Source of the DNA: the human T2T-CHM13v2.0 reference genome, Homo sapiens
Direction: 5' to 3' (one strand)
NCBI RefSeq assembly: GCF_009914755.1
Contig: NC_060925.1
DNA: 64,000 nt
The notes below the pieces were generated by a model that was not told the DNA's origin, did no database searches, and saw nothing but the letters and a program-made list of their open reading frames with translations. Shown here piece by piece: positions 1 to 11,800 of this stretch. Made by a program: the position numbers and the translations under genes. Numbering within the stretch: the stretch's first letter is position 1; each line of letters begins with the position of its first letter.

Positions 1-75
1 TCTGAGCTCAAGGGTTCCTCCTGTTTCAGCCTCCAAAAGTGCTGGGATTACAGGCATGAGCCACTGAGGCATGGC
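1..75 (-). mobile_element. Alu 5' end (old AluJ/FLAM-like), cut by window edge
   Basis: cagcctccaaaagtgctgggattacaggcatgagccactg is the reverse complement of the Alu left-arm start. Confidence 0.85.
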
Positions 76-79
76 TATA

Positions 80-745
80 GGTATTCTTTATTATCTTTCA
101 ATAAAGTTTTATACTTTTTCCATAAAGTCATGTGACTCTTAGAACTTAATCATTTTCTGTCCCTGTGGTAAATGGGACACAGGGCATCTATTTGTTGCTG
201 GTATTTATAAATATAAATAATGTTTTGCATATTTTGTTAAATTTTGCTACAATGTCTAATACCTTTTTGTTGCTTCTTTTGGAATTTCTATATACATAGC
301 TAATCATATTGCCTGGAATAATTATAACTTTGTGACTTCCTTTCTGGTCTTACATGTTCTGTCTTGTTTTCTTACCTTATTGCATTGGCTAGGATCTCTA
401 GCACAATGATGAGTAACTGGGAGAGTGCACAGCCTCCTCGTAATTGATTTTAAATGGAAGGCTTCTGAATTGTCACCATTGAGTATGATATTTATGGTGG
501 GTTTGGGATAGATATTATCTTTTTCAATTAAGTAAGTTTTCTTCTGTTTCTTGATTGTTAAAATTCTGGGAATGTGAAATATTATAAAACAGTTTTTCTG
601 AATCTACTGCAATGATAATATGTTCTTTATTCCATTAATTATTAATGTAGTGAATTATATAATTCTGGAAACATAAAATTTTAAGTTCTATATTATAATA
701 TTTGACGAAATGTTGGCTAAAATGCATCAAAACTGATGTTTTGAC
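80..745 (-). mobile_element. Ancient L1M ORF2-region fragment
   Basis: T-rich; contains cttattgcattggctaggatctctagcacaatg and tcaccattgagtatgatattt, typical of antisense L1M. Confidence 0.7.
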
Positions 746-751
746 CTGGTC

Positions 752-1450
752 AGCAGTTATTTCAGCTAACTATTCCTGCATAACCATCCACTGTAAAACT
801 TAGTGGCTTAAAACAACAATCAAGCCTGGGCAACGTGGTGAGACCCCATCTCTACAAAAAAAAAAAAAAATTAGCCAGTTGTGATGGTGTGTACCTATAG
901 TCCCAGCTACTTGGGAGGCTGAGGCAGGAGGACTGCTTGAGCCTGGGAGATTGAGTGCAGTGAGCCATGATCACACAACTGCACTCCAGCCTGGGAGACA
1001 GAGCAAGACCCTGTCTCAAAAAGGAAAATCCAACCATTTATATTTGCCCATAATTATTCCTCAGTTTGGGCTGGCCTAAGCTGGACAGTTCTTCTGTTGG
1101 TCTTACCAGGGGTCACTCAGGTGGCTGCAGCCATCCAGTGGCTTTACCGGACAAGAGACTCTAAGGTGGCCTCACTCATGTGTCCGGGGCCTTGGTGATG
1201 GCTGTCAGCTGAGCCTCTGTCTGTGTGTTCTCTCACTGGTCATGATTCCAGCTTCCTTACATGGCCCTGGGAGAATTCCAAGGTGAAGGTGGAAGCCGTG
1301 GGGCCTCTGAGGCTTGGGCTCCTGAAGCACAAGCCATCACTTCTACCATATTCTACTGGTCCCAGCAAGGCACAAGGCCATGCCAGATTCTGTACGGAGA
1401 ACAGACCCTGCATCTTGCTGGGAGGAAAGCAGGAATCACAGCTATGCTTT
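752..1450 (-). mobile_element. MaLR MLT1-type LTR interrupted by an Alu
   Basis: aaaacttagtggcttaaaacaac before the Alu; gggctggcctaagctggacagttcttctg...tactggtcccagcaagg after it. Confidence 0.65.
823..1022 (+). mobile_element. 5'-truncated AluJ
   Basis: agcctgggcaacgtggtgagacccc, A-rich linker, right arm ending gcaagaccctgtctcaaaa. Confidence 0.9.
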
Positions 1451-1679
1451 GTCACCTTTCCTAGCGCTCTTAATGAAGAACCTTAAACAAATTGGAAGTG
1501 GTCATCCCAGTCCTTTGGTAAGACAAACACGTAGGGAGCCATGGTACCTGGATGCTTACTTAGCAGCTACCTTGAGGGAAAGTGGTATTTATTCTGTATC
1601 TTGTCCTCATACATCGTGTATCGCTGCATGTCTACTTACTAAAGAGGGCAAAGAAAGTTCCCAGATTATAGAAGGGTTT

Positions 1680-2015
1680 TGCTACAGTTTGAATGTTTGT
1701 TCCCTCCAAAACTCATGCTGAAACTTAACTGCCATTGTAATGGTATTGACAGGTCAGATCTTTGAAGATGATTAGGCCATGAGGGCTCTGCTCTTGTGGG
1801 TGGGATTAATGCAAGTTCAGCCCCTTTCGCCTCTTTGCTCTTCTGTCTTGTGCCAAGTGAGGATGCAGCATTCAAGGCGCCATCTTGGAATCCGAATCCC
1901 CAAGCCTGTTGGGGCCTTGGTTTTGGGCTTCCAGCGTCCAGAACTGGAGCTCATTCATTTCTACTCATTATGGATCACCCAGCCCGTGGCATTCTGTCAC
2001 AGCAGCACAAATGGA
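1680..2015 (+). mobile_element. MaLR MST-type LTR (MSTC/MSTD-like)
   Basis: tgctacagtttgaatgtttgttccctccaaaactcatgctgaaacttaa...ggcattctgtcacagcagcacaaatgg. Confidence 0.75.
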
Positions 2016-3759
2016 GCGACTGGTTTGTGCAATGTTTCCAAGGACTTTGGAAAGTAACCTCCAGATGGAAGGTCATTTGTTGCAGGAAACTGCATCTGTA
2101 AAAAGTCTGTTATAGGAAAATTCATTTCTTCTCTTCTCATCGTAAGCCATGCTTGTGCTGGTGCTGGCGATGTGGGGAGTCCCTTGACCGAAGTGACTTG
2201 GGTCTAATGGATGCACAATTCTTAGGGCAGGTGTTCCCTGTACACACCAGAGCCACGGCAGACACAGACGAGCTTCCGGTGGCCTTCCTGGAGGAGCTGG
2301 GTCTTCCCTCACATTCCCCAAGCCTGCAACACTTGGGGGGTTCTGGATTTCTGCAGAGAGCTTTAGTGTGACCCCCACCCACACCCTTAAGTCATGCCCT
2401 GCCCCTGCGTGATCATTAAAGTGGAAGGCCCCCTCCCTCCTGGAGCCCCCTTGCTGTGGGCATGGTCCTCACCAGCCCCTGAGTGCCTGTGCTCTGGGCA
2501 CCCGGGGTCCCCTCCTTCCTCAGAAGCTCACGATTCGGTGTGACTTTGTTGATCATTTTCTGGTAATGCTCAACATATTTGAGCATATTTCCAGAAACAA
2601 ATTTTCCTGCTCACTTTGCAGCTCTCTCTAACTGGTTCCTGCCCCACCCTCTCGTTGGGGTCACCAAGAACCTCGGCACCACACGCCCAACGCACACTCC
2701 TTGTCCTCTCCTTACGGACATTGTGGCCACTCTCAGGGCTGCCTACCTGTCTTTATCTTGCAAACCCCCTTCTCTTCTGGCCCTGATCCGTCACCCCACG
2801 GGCTCCGAATTTTCTTCCTTCTTCCTGTCCTCCTGGGCTGCTCCTCCCCAGAAGCACAGTATGGAGGGCGGTTAGGAGCACCCCAGGGGCCAGGTCCTAG
2901 CTGCCTGCACTCCGTATGCCCTTGGCAGCCCCGTGTCTCATGGGGATGGTGGCTGCTCTGCAGATTCCATGATTATGCACATCAAACCCATCAAATGGGG
3001 CCCACCCACTAGCTGTTCAGTAAACGGCAGCTAATACTGCCATCCTCACCTCCAGATGTCTGCTGGCCTGGGATGGGGGCTGGGGCACGAGGAAAGGGCA
3101 GGGAGCCGCAGTGCCTTGCAGGACACTCACGCCAGGGAGGTCCTGTCTGCTCCAGGATGCCTCGTGGCCCCACTTCCTGCCTCTGTCGGGAGCCTTGACT
3201 TTCAACCTCTCATTTGCACTGACCCTAAACCCCCCCTTTTTCAAACTGAGCTCCTCTCACCTCAGGGCTCACCTGTCTGGCTGCCTAATGACATGAGGCT
3301 TGATGGGCTCAAAGGACTGTGTGTAAAGCACTCAGTAGGTGACATTATTCTAAGGGTTTGCTGTGCATGTTTACTGAATCCACACAGCAGCCTTTGGGGT
3401 GGAGACGCAGCCTCGTCTCAGGCACTCAGGGATCCGAGGGTGGCAGAGTGCTGGCAGTAGGCTGGGCTGTGGCCCTGGGTGCTCCTCCAGAAGGAAGAGG
3501 CAGTGAAGGGACCGGGCAGGAGCAGTGTCTCAAACTGGGGGCGTCTAAACCTCTGACACCCCTTTTCCCATCCGCGCTTCCCTCCACAGTTCAGTTGCTC
3601 ATCATGAACTCAGAAAACGTTCCTGACCCTCCTTCTCTGTGCCTGTCTCTCCACCATTAAATCTACCCACAATCTCGTCACTTCTAACTCTCAGACATGT
3701 GGTTTCTCTGCAACCCTTTCTCCCTGATCTGAATTCCATCAACTCTCTCCTGAACCATT

Positions 3760-4952
3760 GTCCCAGCCTCCCAGTCTCTCAGCTGCCCAGCATCCAAGCC
3801 TCCCAGTCTCTCAGCCTCCCAGCCTCCCAGCCTCTCAGCCTCTTAGCCCCTCAGCTCCCCAGCCTCCAAGCCTCTGAGCCCCTCAGCTCCCCAGCCCCCC
3901 AGCCTCCCAGCCTCTCAGCCTCTTAGCCCCTCAGCTCCCCAGTACCCCCAGCCTCCCAGCCTCTCAGCCCCTCAGCTCCCCAGCCCCCCAGCCTCCCAGC
4001 CTCCCAGCCTCTCAGCCCCTCAGCTCCCCGGCCCCCCAGCCTCCCAGCCTCCTAGCCTCTCAGCCCCTCAGCTCCCCAGCCCCCCAGCCTCCCAGCCTCT
4101 CAGCCTCTTAGCCCCTTAGCTCCCCAGCCCCCCAGCCTCCCAGCCTCCCAGCCTCTCAGCCCCTCAGCTCCCCAGCCTCCTAGCCTCCCAGCCTCTCAGC
4201 CTCTCATCCCCTCAGCTCCCCAGCCCCCCAGCCTCCCAGCCTCTCAGCCTCTTAGCCCCTTAGCTCCCCAGCCTCTCAGCCTCCAAACCTCCCAGCCTCT
4301 CAGCCTCTTAGCCCCTCAGCTCCCCAGCCTCCCAGCCTCCCAGCCCCTCAGCTCCCCAGCCCCCCAGCCTCCCAGCCTCTCAGCCTCTTAGCCCCTCAGC
4401 TCCCCAGCCACCCAGCCTCCCAGGCTCCCAGCCTCCCAGCCTCTCAGCCCCTCAGCTCCCCAGCCCCCCAGCGTCCCAGCCTCTCAGCCTCTCAGCCCCT
4501 CAGCCCCCCAGCCTCCCAGCCTCCCAGCCTCTCAGCCTCCAAGCCTCCCAGCCCCCCAGCCTCCCAGCCTCTCAGCCTTCAAGCCTCCCAGCCCACCAGC
4601 CTCCCAGCCTCTCAGCCTCCAAGCCTCCCAGCCTCTCAGCCTCCAAGCCTCCCAGCCCCCCAGCCTCCCAGCCTCTCAGCCTCCAAGCCTCGCAGCCCCC
4701 CAGCCTCCCAGCCTCTCAGCCTCCAAGCCTGCCAGCCTCCCAGCCTCTCAGCCTCCAAGCCTCCCAGCCTCCCAGCCTCTCAGCCTCCAAGCCTCCCAGC
4801 CCCCTAGCCTCCCAGCCTCCCAGCCTCTCAGCCTCCAAGCCTCCCAGCCCCCTAGCCTCCCAGACTTCCAGCCTCTCAGCCTCCCGGCCTCCCGGCCTCC
4901 CAGCCTCCCAGCCTCCTAGCCTCCCGGCCCCCCAGCCTCCCAGCCTCCCAGC
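3760..4952. repeat. ~1.2 kb C-rich (+)/G-rich (-) VNTR of 8-9 bp units CAGCCTCC / CAGCCTCT / CAGCTCCCC / CAGCCCCT
   Basis: Directly visible; higher-order blocks such as CCCAGCCTCTCAGCCTCTTAGCCCCTCAGCTCCCCAGCCCCCCAG recur; CCAAG variant units dominate after ~4535. Confidence 0.97.
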
Positions 4953-4966
4953 AGGTCTTGTCCTTA

Positions 4967-5324
<358 letters not shown>

Positions 5325-5813
5325 TGCAGCTCAGAGTACCTCACTCCACAGCTCAGCCTCACAGACTGAGGGTAACATCCAAGGGCCTTGGGAGGCCAGG
5401 AGGATCTAGCCCCACAGCTGCCATCTTCAGTCTCCCATTCGTTTTCCCCTTCCCTCCGACAGTCGCCCTGGCCCCCTCAGTGGCAGGGGGAGCCCAAGCT
5501 CTTGCTCCCCTAAGGACTTGGCACATTTGCTTCTGCTGCCTGGAACCCTCACTCTCAGCCTAAATGATTCCTCTCCTGAGAAGCTTTCCCTGATCACCGG
5601 CTGGAGCAGTACCTTGCCCATCCCATTTCTTAAAGCATGCATTTTGTTTGTGTCTTTGGGTGCTCCAAAGGGGCAGGGCCTGACTTTCTTGTCACTGAGG
5701 CACCCCAGCCCCAGCACAGCCTCACCCCATCATGGCAGGACATAACCATGTGGGGAGGGAGTGGCGGGGGCAGCTTTCACCCTGGCTCTGCAGGGGCCAT
5801 GCCGTCCTCCTAC

Positions 5814-6597
5814 CTTGGGGTTCGCTGCCGGTGGGATGGGCCTCGAGGGCCCGGCTGCATGCTGCCAGGCAGTCCTCAAACCTGCCGCTGTGGAGCAGAG
5901 CTTCAGGTGACAGGGTGTCACTCCGGGTGCCCCTGGGGTCCAGAGCCGCCAGGAGTCGCTGGCCACCGGTCTCCTGCTGGCCGGCACTGTGCCCAGCCTC
6001 CGGGTGCCCCGAGAGGTAGTCCTGGAGGGCACTGAGCAGCGCGGGGAGGTGGGGCCGCTGGTGGGTGCGAATGAAAGCTACCGTCCGGTCGGCGCTGGAG
6101 GCGAAGGCCTGGAGATAGGCGGCCACACCATCCGCTGCCTGCACCCCGGACAGGACCCAGGCGAGGGCGCGGGTCAGCCGCAGCTCCAGGACTTGCTGTG
6201 CATGAGAGTCCAGCAGGGCGCTGCAGCGTTGCACCACTTCTTCGTGACGCCCGCGGGCCAGCAGACCTGCCAGCAGGTGCAGGATGGCGGCGGGGTGGTC
6301 CGGGCAGAGGGCGCCGAGGAAGGCAGAGGCCAGCGACCCTGTCAGGGAGACCACTGCCATGCCGTCCCAGTGGATGGCGGGGATCTGGCTGTCCCCGCGG
6401 CACCAGGACTCCAGGGTGGCCACCACCGCCGCCCCCCGAGCCTGGGCCAGGGCAGTGCGCACACTCTGCAGGGCTGAGGGGGCGTGGCAGCTGAATGCAG
6501 CCAGGTAGAAGGCGGTGGCCAGGGGCAGCTCCCCCAGCGCCAGATGCTGCTCCCCCTCCCGGCAGAGGCAGGCCACGAGCTCCTGGGCTGACATCAT
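5814..6597 (-). CDS. TTC34: First coding exon of tetratricopeptide repeat protein 34 (261 codons + 1 nt, phase-1 donor); gene continues left of the window
   Basis: ORF MMSAQELVACLCREGEQHLALGELPLATAFYLAAF fits TPR consensus G8/G15/A20/Y24/A27; a second TPR-like helix pair EALLHSGRFEDCLAACSRALEAHP; donor CAAG|GTAGGA at 5814/5813; CpG-rich. Gene identity recalled, not searched. Confidence 0.88.
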
Positions 6598-6620
6598 GTC
6601 TGGGACCCCGACGGGCCCAT
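6594..6620 (-). other. 8-codon upstream ORF (MGPSGSQT*) whose TGA overlaps the TTC34 ATGATG start
   Basis: Minus strand reads ccagacATGGGCCCGTCGGGGTCCCAGACATGATGtca. Confidence 0.75.
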
Positions 6621-6638
6621 GTCTGGTCCTCAGAGTAC
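6598..6638 (-). other. TTC34: 5' UTR part of the TTC34 coding exon; splice acceptor at 6639-6640
   Basis: Minus strand ggaCTCACcatgctcccccacccccAG|gtactc: branch-like CTCAC, pyrimidine tract, CAG. Confidence 0.75.
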
Positions 6639-6839
6639 CTGGGGGTGGGGGAGCATGGTGAGTCCACAGAGGGCGGCCAGTTCTCCTGCCCTGTGGCCAC
6701 CCGTGCCCAGCCTCAAGCCACCTCCACCCCTTCCCATTGACCCCACGGTCAGTGCAGACCCCACTGGGTGAAAACTGGGGGGATCCTGGGCTGGTGGGGT
6801 GGGGCCTACCAGGTGTCCCAGGCCAACTTCCAGCCCACT

Positions 6840-6900
6840 GTTCACCTCTGGGGCCTCAGTTTCGTGCCTTGCAGAATGGGACAGTGGCCTCCCCCAGCTC
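6840..6900 (+). mobile_element. MIR core fragment
   Basis: ttcacctctggggcctcagtttc...gcagaatgggacagt. Confidence 0.55.
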
Positions 6901-7346
6901 AGTTCCCTCTAAGAACATCTGACCCCTGAGTGTCCATGTCGGGAGGGTTACGGTGGCCCGAGGTGTCAGGGCCCAGCAATAGGAACCCCGGACCCACCCT
7001 CTGCCCCTCCCAACCCTGAGCCCCTCAGGAAGGCACACCCCCCGTCAGTCCAGGCAGCCCTCTCAGTGGGACGCAGGACCACACCCCTGCCCACCCTCTC
7101 ACACCTGGGCCATTCGAGGGGGGCGCCGAGAGCACCTGCCAGGCCCTTGGGTCGGGGGAGCCACCCCAGCCCATGGGTGGGGGGGTTCAGTTTTGAGGTT
7201 GAGGTTCCAGGGACAGCCCCTGGTACTCCCCTATTCCCTGTCCCCAAGCTACTTGACCTGACGAACTAGCTCCGCACAGCCCTTTCTTCCCTCATCAAAC
7301 AGGCAGCCCCCAGCATCCGCTCTCAGACACACACAGACACACTCAC

Positions 7347-7460
7347 ACTCGTCTGCAGCTTGGAGGCTGAGCCGGCTGTGCCCTGGGGACCCAGATTCCC
7401 TCGTGGGTGGTGGGGGACAGAGGGATGTGGCTGGCTGGAGGGCCCAGGCCTGGGTGGGGC
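7347..7460 (-). other. TTC34: Probable non-coding first exon of TTC34 (5' end approximate)
   Basis: Consensus donor agt|GTGAGT at 7347/7346, the best donor upstream of the 6638 acceptor; TSS cannot be fixed from sequence. Confidence 0.55.
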
Positions 7461-8704
7461 TCCTATGACCGCCCCGTGTGGGTTGGGGAAGGCACAGCCT
7501 GCGGTTTCCCGGGAGAGTGTCAACACCCTTGGGTCTCCTGGCTGTCCTGCAGCGCCCCGCTGTGGCCAGAGGCTACCAGGCCGAGGTCCCACCCACACTG
7601 CCCCAGCCAGGCTCCAATGGGCTGCCTCAGAGCAGAGAACCCTGAGTTCATGGGGGTGTTGGGGGAGAAGGGGCCTGTGGGGTACAGCCCCCCATAGCCG
7701 GGGCCAGCCTCCACCCTGCCTGCTCTGCCAGGGTGCCCCCAGCCTCCTCTCCACATAGATGAGGAGGGCGCTTCCTGGAGGCAGGTGGGGGCCGCCTGCC
7801 CACCCAGTGCACTCAGGCTCTGGGTTTGTCCCCCAGAACTCCGCCTGGGCTGCTATGCGGGCCCCTCACCGCCCAGCCTCACTCCTCTTCTGGCAGGGCC
7901 CTGTCACCCGGTCCTGGGGCACCTCCCCACAGGCTGTTCCCTGTGCCGGCAGCTGGGACTGGACCTTCCGTGCACAGCCAGCCCATTTCCCTTGGCCGTC
8001 CTCCCTCTGAGAGGCTTAGGCAGCCCTGTCCTGCCTGCACCAGCTGAGCCAGCTGTGCCCTGGGGAGGGCAGGGCACATTAGCCGAGGGCACACCCCTCC
8101 CCCATCACAGGGTTGAGGCCCAGAGGCAGCTCTGGGAGCCATGACCTGAGCCTACTGCCCAGGGACCCTGATTGTTGCTGAGGAAGGGGTGGCAGCATAG
8201 GGACTATTTTAGGAAACATCACCTTCAGCCCGTGGCCACCGTCAGCCCATGCCGCAGGAGCAGAAAGACTGAGTGGGGTGGCTGGAGGCAGGCTCAGGTC
8301 CCTGAAGCTGAGACCCCACCACCGGCAGCTGCCCTGGAGGGCAGGCATGAGTGGGGGGAATGGGGGTGGTGCGTCCCTGAGAGAGGTCCCTCCCAATTCA
8401 GGATGCCAAGGTGCCCGGACACCAGGCCAATGCTGGCTCCTCTGTGGGGCTCAGGGAAGCAGGGTTGGGGGTGCCCTTTGGGGGAGGAGATCTTGGGAGT
8501 GGGGGGTGGCATCCCTGATCCCCTCGATGTCTGGGTCTCCTGAGACATGCCCCGCAGGCCCTTTGGGGAGGGTGTGGAGCCCCTGCAGCGTGGGCAGAGC
8601 AGTCAGGGTCAGTCTGAGGGTGCAGGGCAGGGGGGTCAGCAGGGCTGGGGCTGCCTGGCCCAGTTCTTCAGCTCCATGACATTCACCAGGGCCCAAGGCC
8701 TGTG

Positions 8705-8815
8705 CGGGTAATGCAGTGGGGGCAGTTTATTAAGAGATTGCCCATTACTCGGTGTTGATTACTTTCATTTTAATTGCCCTAATTAGGCGAGAGCTGTAAT
8801 GGAGTGGGGCTGTCA
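8705..8815. promoter_or_regulatory. Putative enhancer/conserved element, homeodomain-site cluster
   Basis: AT-rich island in GC-rich DNA: TTTATTAA, TGATTA, TTAATTG, palindromic CCTAATTAGG, TAATGG, CTGTCA. Confidence 0.45.
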
Positions 8816-11800
8816 CCAGGGCTGTAGAAGAGCCCGGGGCACAGAGGTGGCAGGTCTGCGCGACAGTTGCCATCACAGCAGTGCCGATGGGCCCCCTGCG
8901 TCTCTGCCCTGTGCACAGTGCCCTGCCCGGGGCCCACAGGCACTGGCCAGATGAGCCTGGAAGTCTCGGAGGGTCCCGAGCTATGATCACAGCCCCTGCC
9001 TGAGAGCAGCACACCTGGATGCAGGTAATCCCAGGGCCGCCTCCACGCCACCTCCCAATCCGCACTCTCGTCTCTGATTCTGCCACAGACAAAAGTGGGC
9101 GGCTGAGCCGGACAGGGAGGCCGAGGCCGGTGCCTGGTAGTCTCAGGGTCTCGTGTTCGGGTTTGTGCTGCTTTAGTTTATGAGTCAAAAGGATTTCCAA
9201 CATTTCCAACTTGAGGCTAGCGGGGGGCGGGGGATACTGCTCATTTGCCCTCTGCACACTTTCCCATTCAAGACCATTAGCGCACTGACAGCGTAGGGAG
9301 CTGGCTCATCTGACGCTTCAGGGGGAAACAGGGTTTGAGGGTGATGGAAGCATTCAGCCCTGACTGGACCCACAACAACTACTTGTCCTTACAGACCCCT
9401 GCGAAGAGCCCAGGAGCTGCTTCCGACGCCCTGGGAGCCGCTCCTCCTGCTCTGAGCCTGCTTGGCTGCCCCCGTTTATGTGGTCGGACCTGGCTGGGTG
9501 GAGGGAGGGGCAGGACTCCGAGTCAGCACCCAGCAACGACCCCCTCACTCCTTGCACTCAGACTTGCAGAAATGAAAGGGCCTGGTTCCCACGCCGGGGC
9601 CGAGCAGGAGCACATGGTCCCCACCAGAGATGCCCTTAGGAGAGTCCGCAGCTGGCAGGACCCGTCCCAGTCACACCGAAGGCCTGGGATAAAGACGCCA
9701 CCCTCTGGGAAGAGCTCTGAGCCCTGTCACCAGAATGTTCTTGAAGCCAGCAGTGAAAACAGTTGACTTGGTGGGAGCCGGGGATGGCCTTGAGGCTGAC
9801 CTCATGTGCTCATGGCTCACAGGGCCGTGCATGGGCTGCTGGGGCAGGCATGGCTGCAGGCGGGGCTCACTCTGCCCTTTCTGCAGGTGGCACAGAGCAG
9901 CGAGGCGCCCGCCCCAGGACCAGGCTCTCCAGCCTGTTTGGAGCTCCTTTTCTGCTCCCCAAGAGTGGACACGGGTGTGCCTATTGGGCAAGGGAATCTT
10001 TTGGAACCTTTCCCAGGGCCTCTTCAGAGGCTCCTCGAGAGGGACGGGCAGGAGGAATCCAGCACACGTGTTGTCTTTATACAAACAGGTGCGCTTCATT
10101 CACCCTAGTCAGTGGAACCCCCTGCCCTCCAGACACCTGAGTGCCCTCAAAGGTCAGGCATGCAACTGGGAGGCGGGGTCTGGCCGTGAACTGCTGCTGC
10201 CAAGCACCTGCCTGCAGGCTCCGCCGAGGCCCCACCAGCACCAGCAGCCCCGAGGCTGTTCCTCCCCAGCTGGAAGGGAGGTCTGCACCCTCCTGCCACT
10301 GGGGGCTGCCAGCGTGGCAACAATTTGGGGCCCTTGGTGACCTTGGGGGTGGCGGGCACGTGTCCTTGTCCCCTACCATCACAGCACAAAGGGAGGGATC
10401 CCCACAGCCTAGGCCTGGGGCCCAGGCCTGCACTGCCTTTGGCAGTGATGTTGCCTCCGTGCAGCTTCCCCAGGGCCACAGCCTCCCCACCTGCCTGCCC
10501 CTCTTCCCCCCGCAGGCGCTCACCTGGGGAAGCAGATTACTTTGGGCTAAGCCAGCCCCAGTTAGAGAGGGGAAGCCTTAGCAACAGCTCGAGGCTGCGC
10601 CCCAAACCCCAAAAAGGGTAGCCCTGGGCTATCTCGGGGGTGCTTCCCCGCCCTCCTGACCCGGGAACAGGTGCAGCTCTGGCCACTTCTCTGGCCTCGG
10701 TGTCCACCCCACCCAAGGGGCGCCTCCATCCCATGTGCCCCAGAGTGCCCTCCCAGGGTATGTGAGCCCCTCAGAGCCCCAGCTGCCAAAGCTTAGGACA
10801 CTCCCCCAAGACTTAGAGCCCCTCAGCTCAGGGGAGCCCCTTGGGCCCCGGGGTTTACCTGGGGTATCATCCAGGAGACCTGGGCAGCTTCACAGGACCA
10901 GGGTGGGGCCAGGGGGCCCGGCCATCACCAGATGAAATTTTCGCCTCTTGACCCTGAGCCACACAGGCAGGACCTGCAGGTGGACAGCCAGGCAGAGAAG
11001 CGCACAGCCCTCCCTAGTGGAGCCTGGGGTCGGGAGGCCTCTCCACTCCACGCCCTCCCTCCCCGAGCTAAACTTCTCGCAGGCCTGGCAGCCTGCAGGC
11101 AGGGCAGGGCCCACCCCCGCCCCCGAGCTCCTCTTGTTCCCCGGGCTCCTGTTCCATCCTTGATCAATAATGCAGTGGGGGGAGGAGCCCCCACCCCTCC
11201 CGGCCCCCACCCGCCAGCTGCTCCCGCTGTGTTGCGATCTCAGTTGCAGGGGTGGTTTCGGAGGGCCCCTTTGCATTCTGGGGGCTACTGTGGGTGAGGC
11301 TGAGGGTCAGATGCCTGTTTAGGGAGGAGCAGATTTTCCATATTCGTGTTCTGGCACCACGGAGGCTCCGCGGTTCCCTTGGACCCACAGTTCAGCCGTG
11401 GACTTCTCATTGCCTTTGGGGGACGCTGGGGGAGGAGGCTCTTGGGGGCTAGCATTCCAGGTGGGGAGGAGCTTTGCCGAGCCCCGTGTGGCCGGTTTCT
11501 GAGGCCTGCAGGGGATACTCAACCCCGAAGCGTCCTGCCTGGCCTGCAGGGAATCTGACCACCCAGCCCCAGGGGACGGGCCAGGGCAAGGAAGGGGCCA
11601 CAAGCCAGCGGCCCCTCCAAGACCTCGTCTGTCCTCACACCCACACCTGGCCCATCTGCAGGTCCCCAGCTTTCCCGCCGAGGCATATCCTGGGCGTGAT
11701 GGCTTCTTATCTCCCACTGCTGCGAGGCTGCCCACCGCGGTCCCGTCCGCTCCCACCCTCGGGATCTGCACCCTCATCTCCCAGTGCCTGGCCACTCAGC

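Noticed and set aside
852-1037. Alu-derived ORFs (also 4964-5315, 20983-21234, 45077-45373, 52213-52467)
   Set aside because: Typical Alu translations
5918-6700. 260-aa alternative-frame ORF and antisense ORFs over the TTC34 exon
   Set aside because: GC-rich shadow frames with Pro/Gly/Arg low complexity; the start lies in the intron and is not ATG-supported
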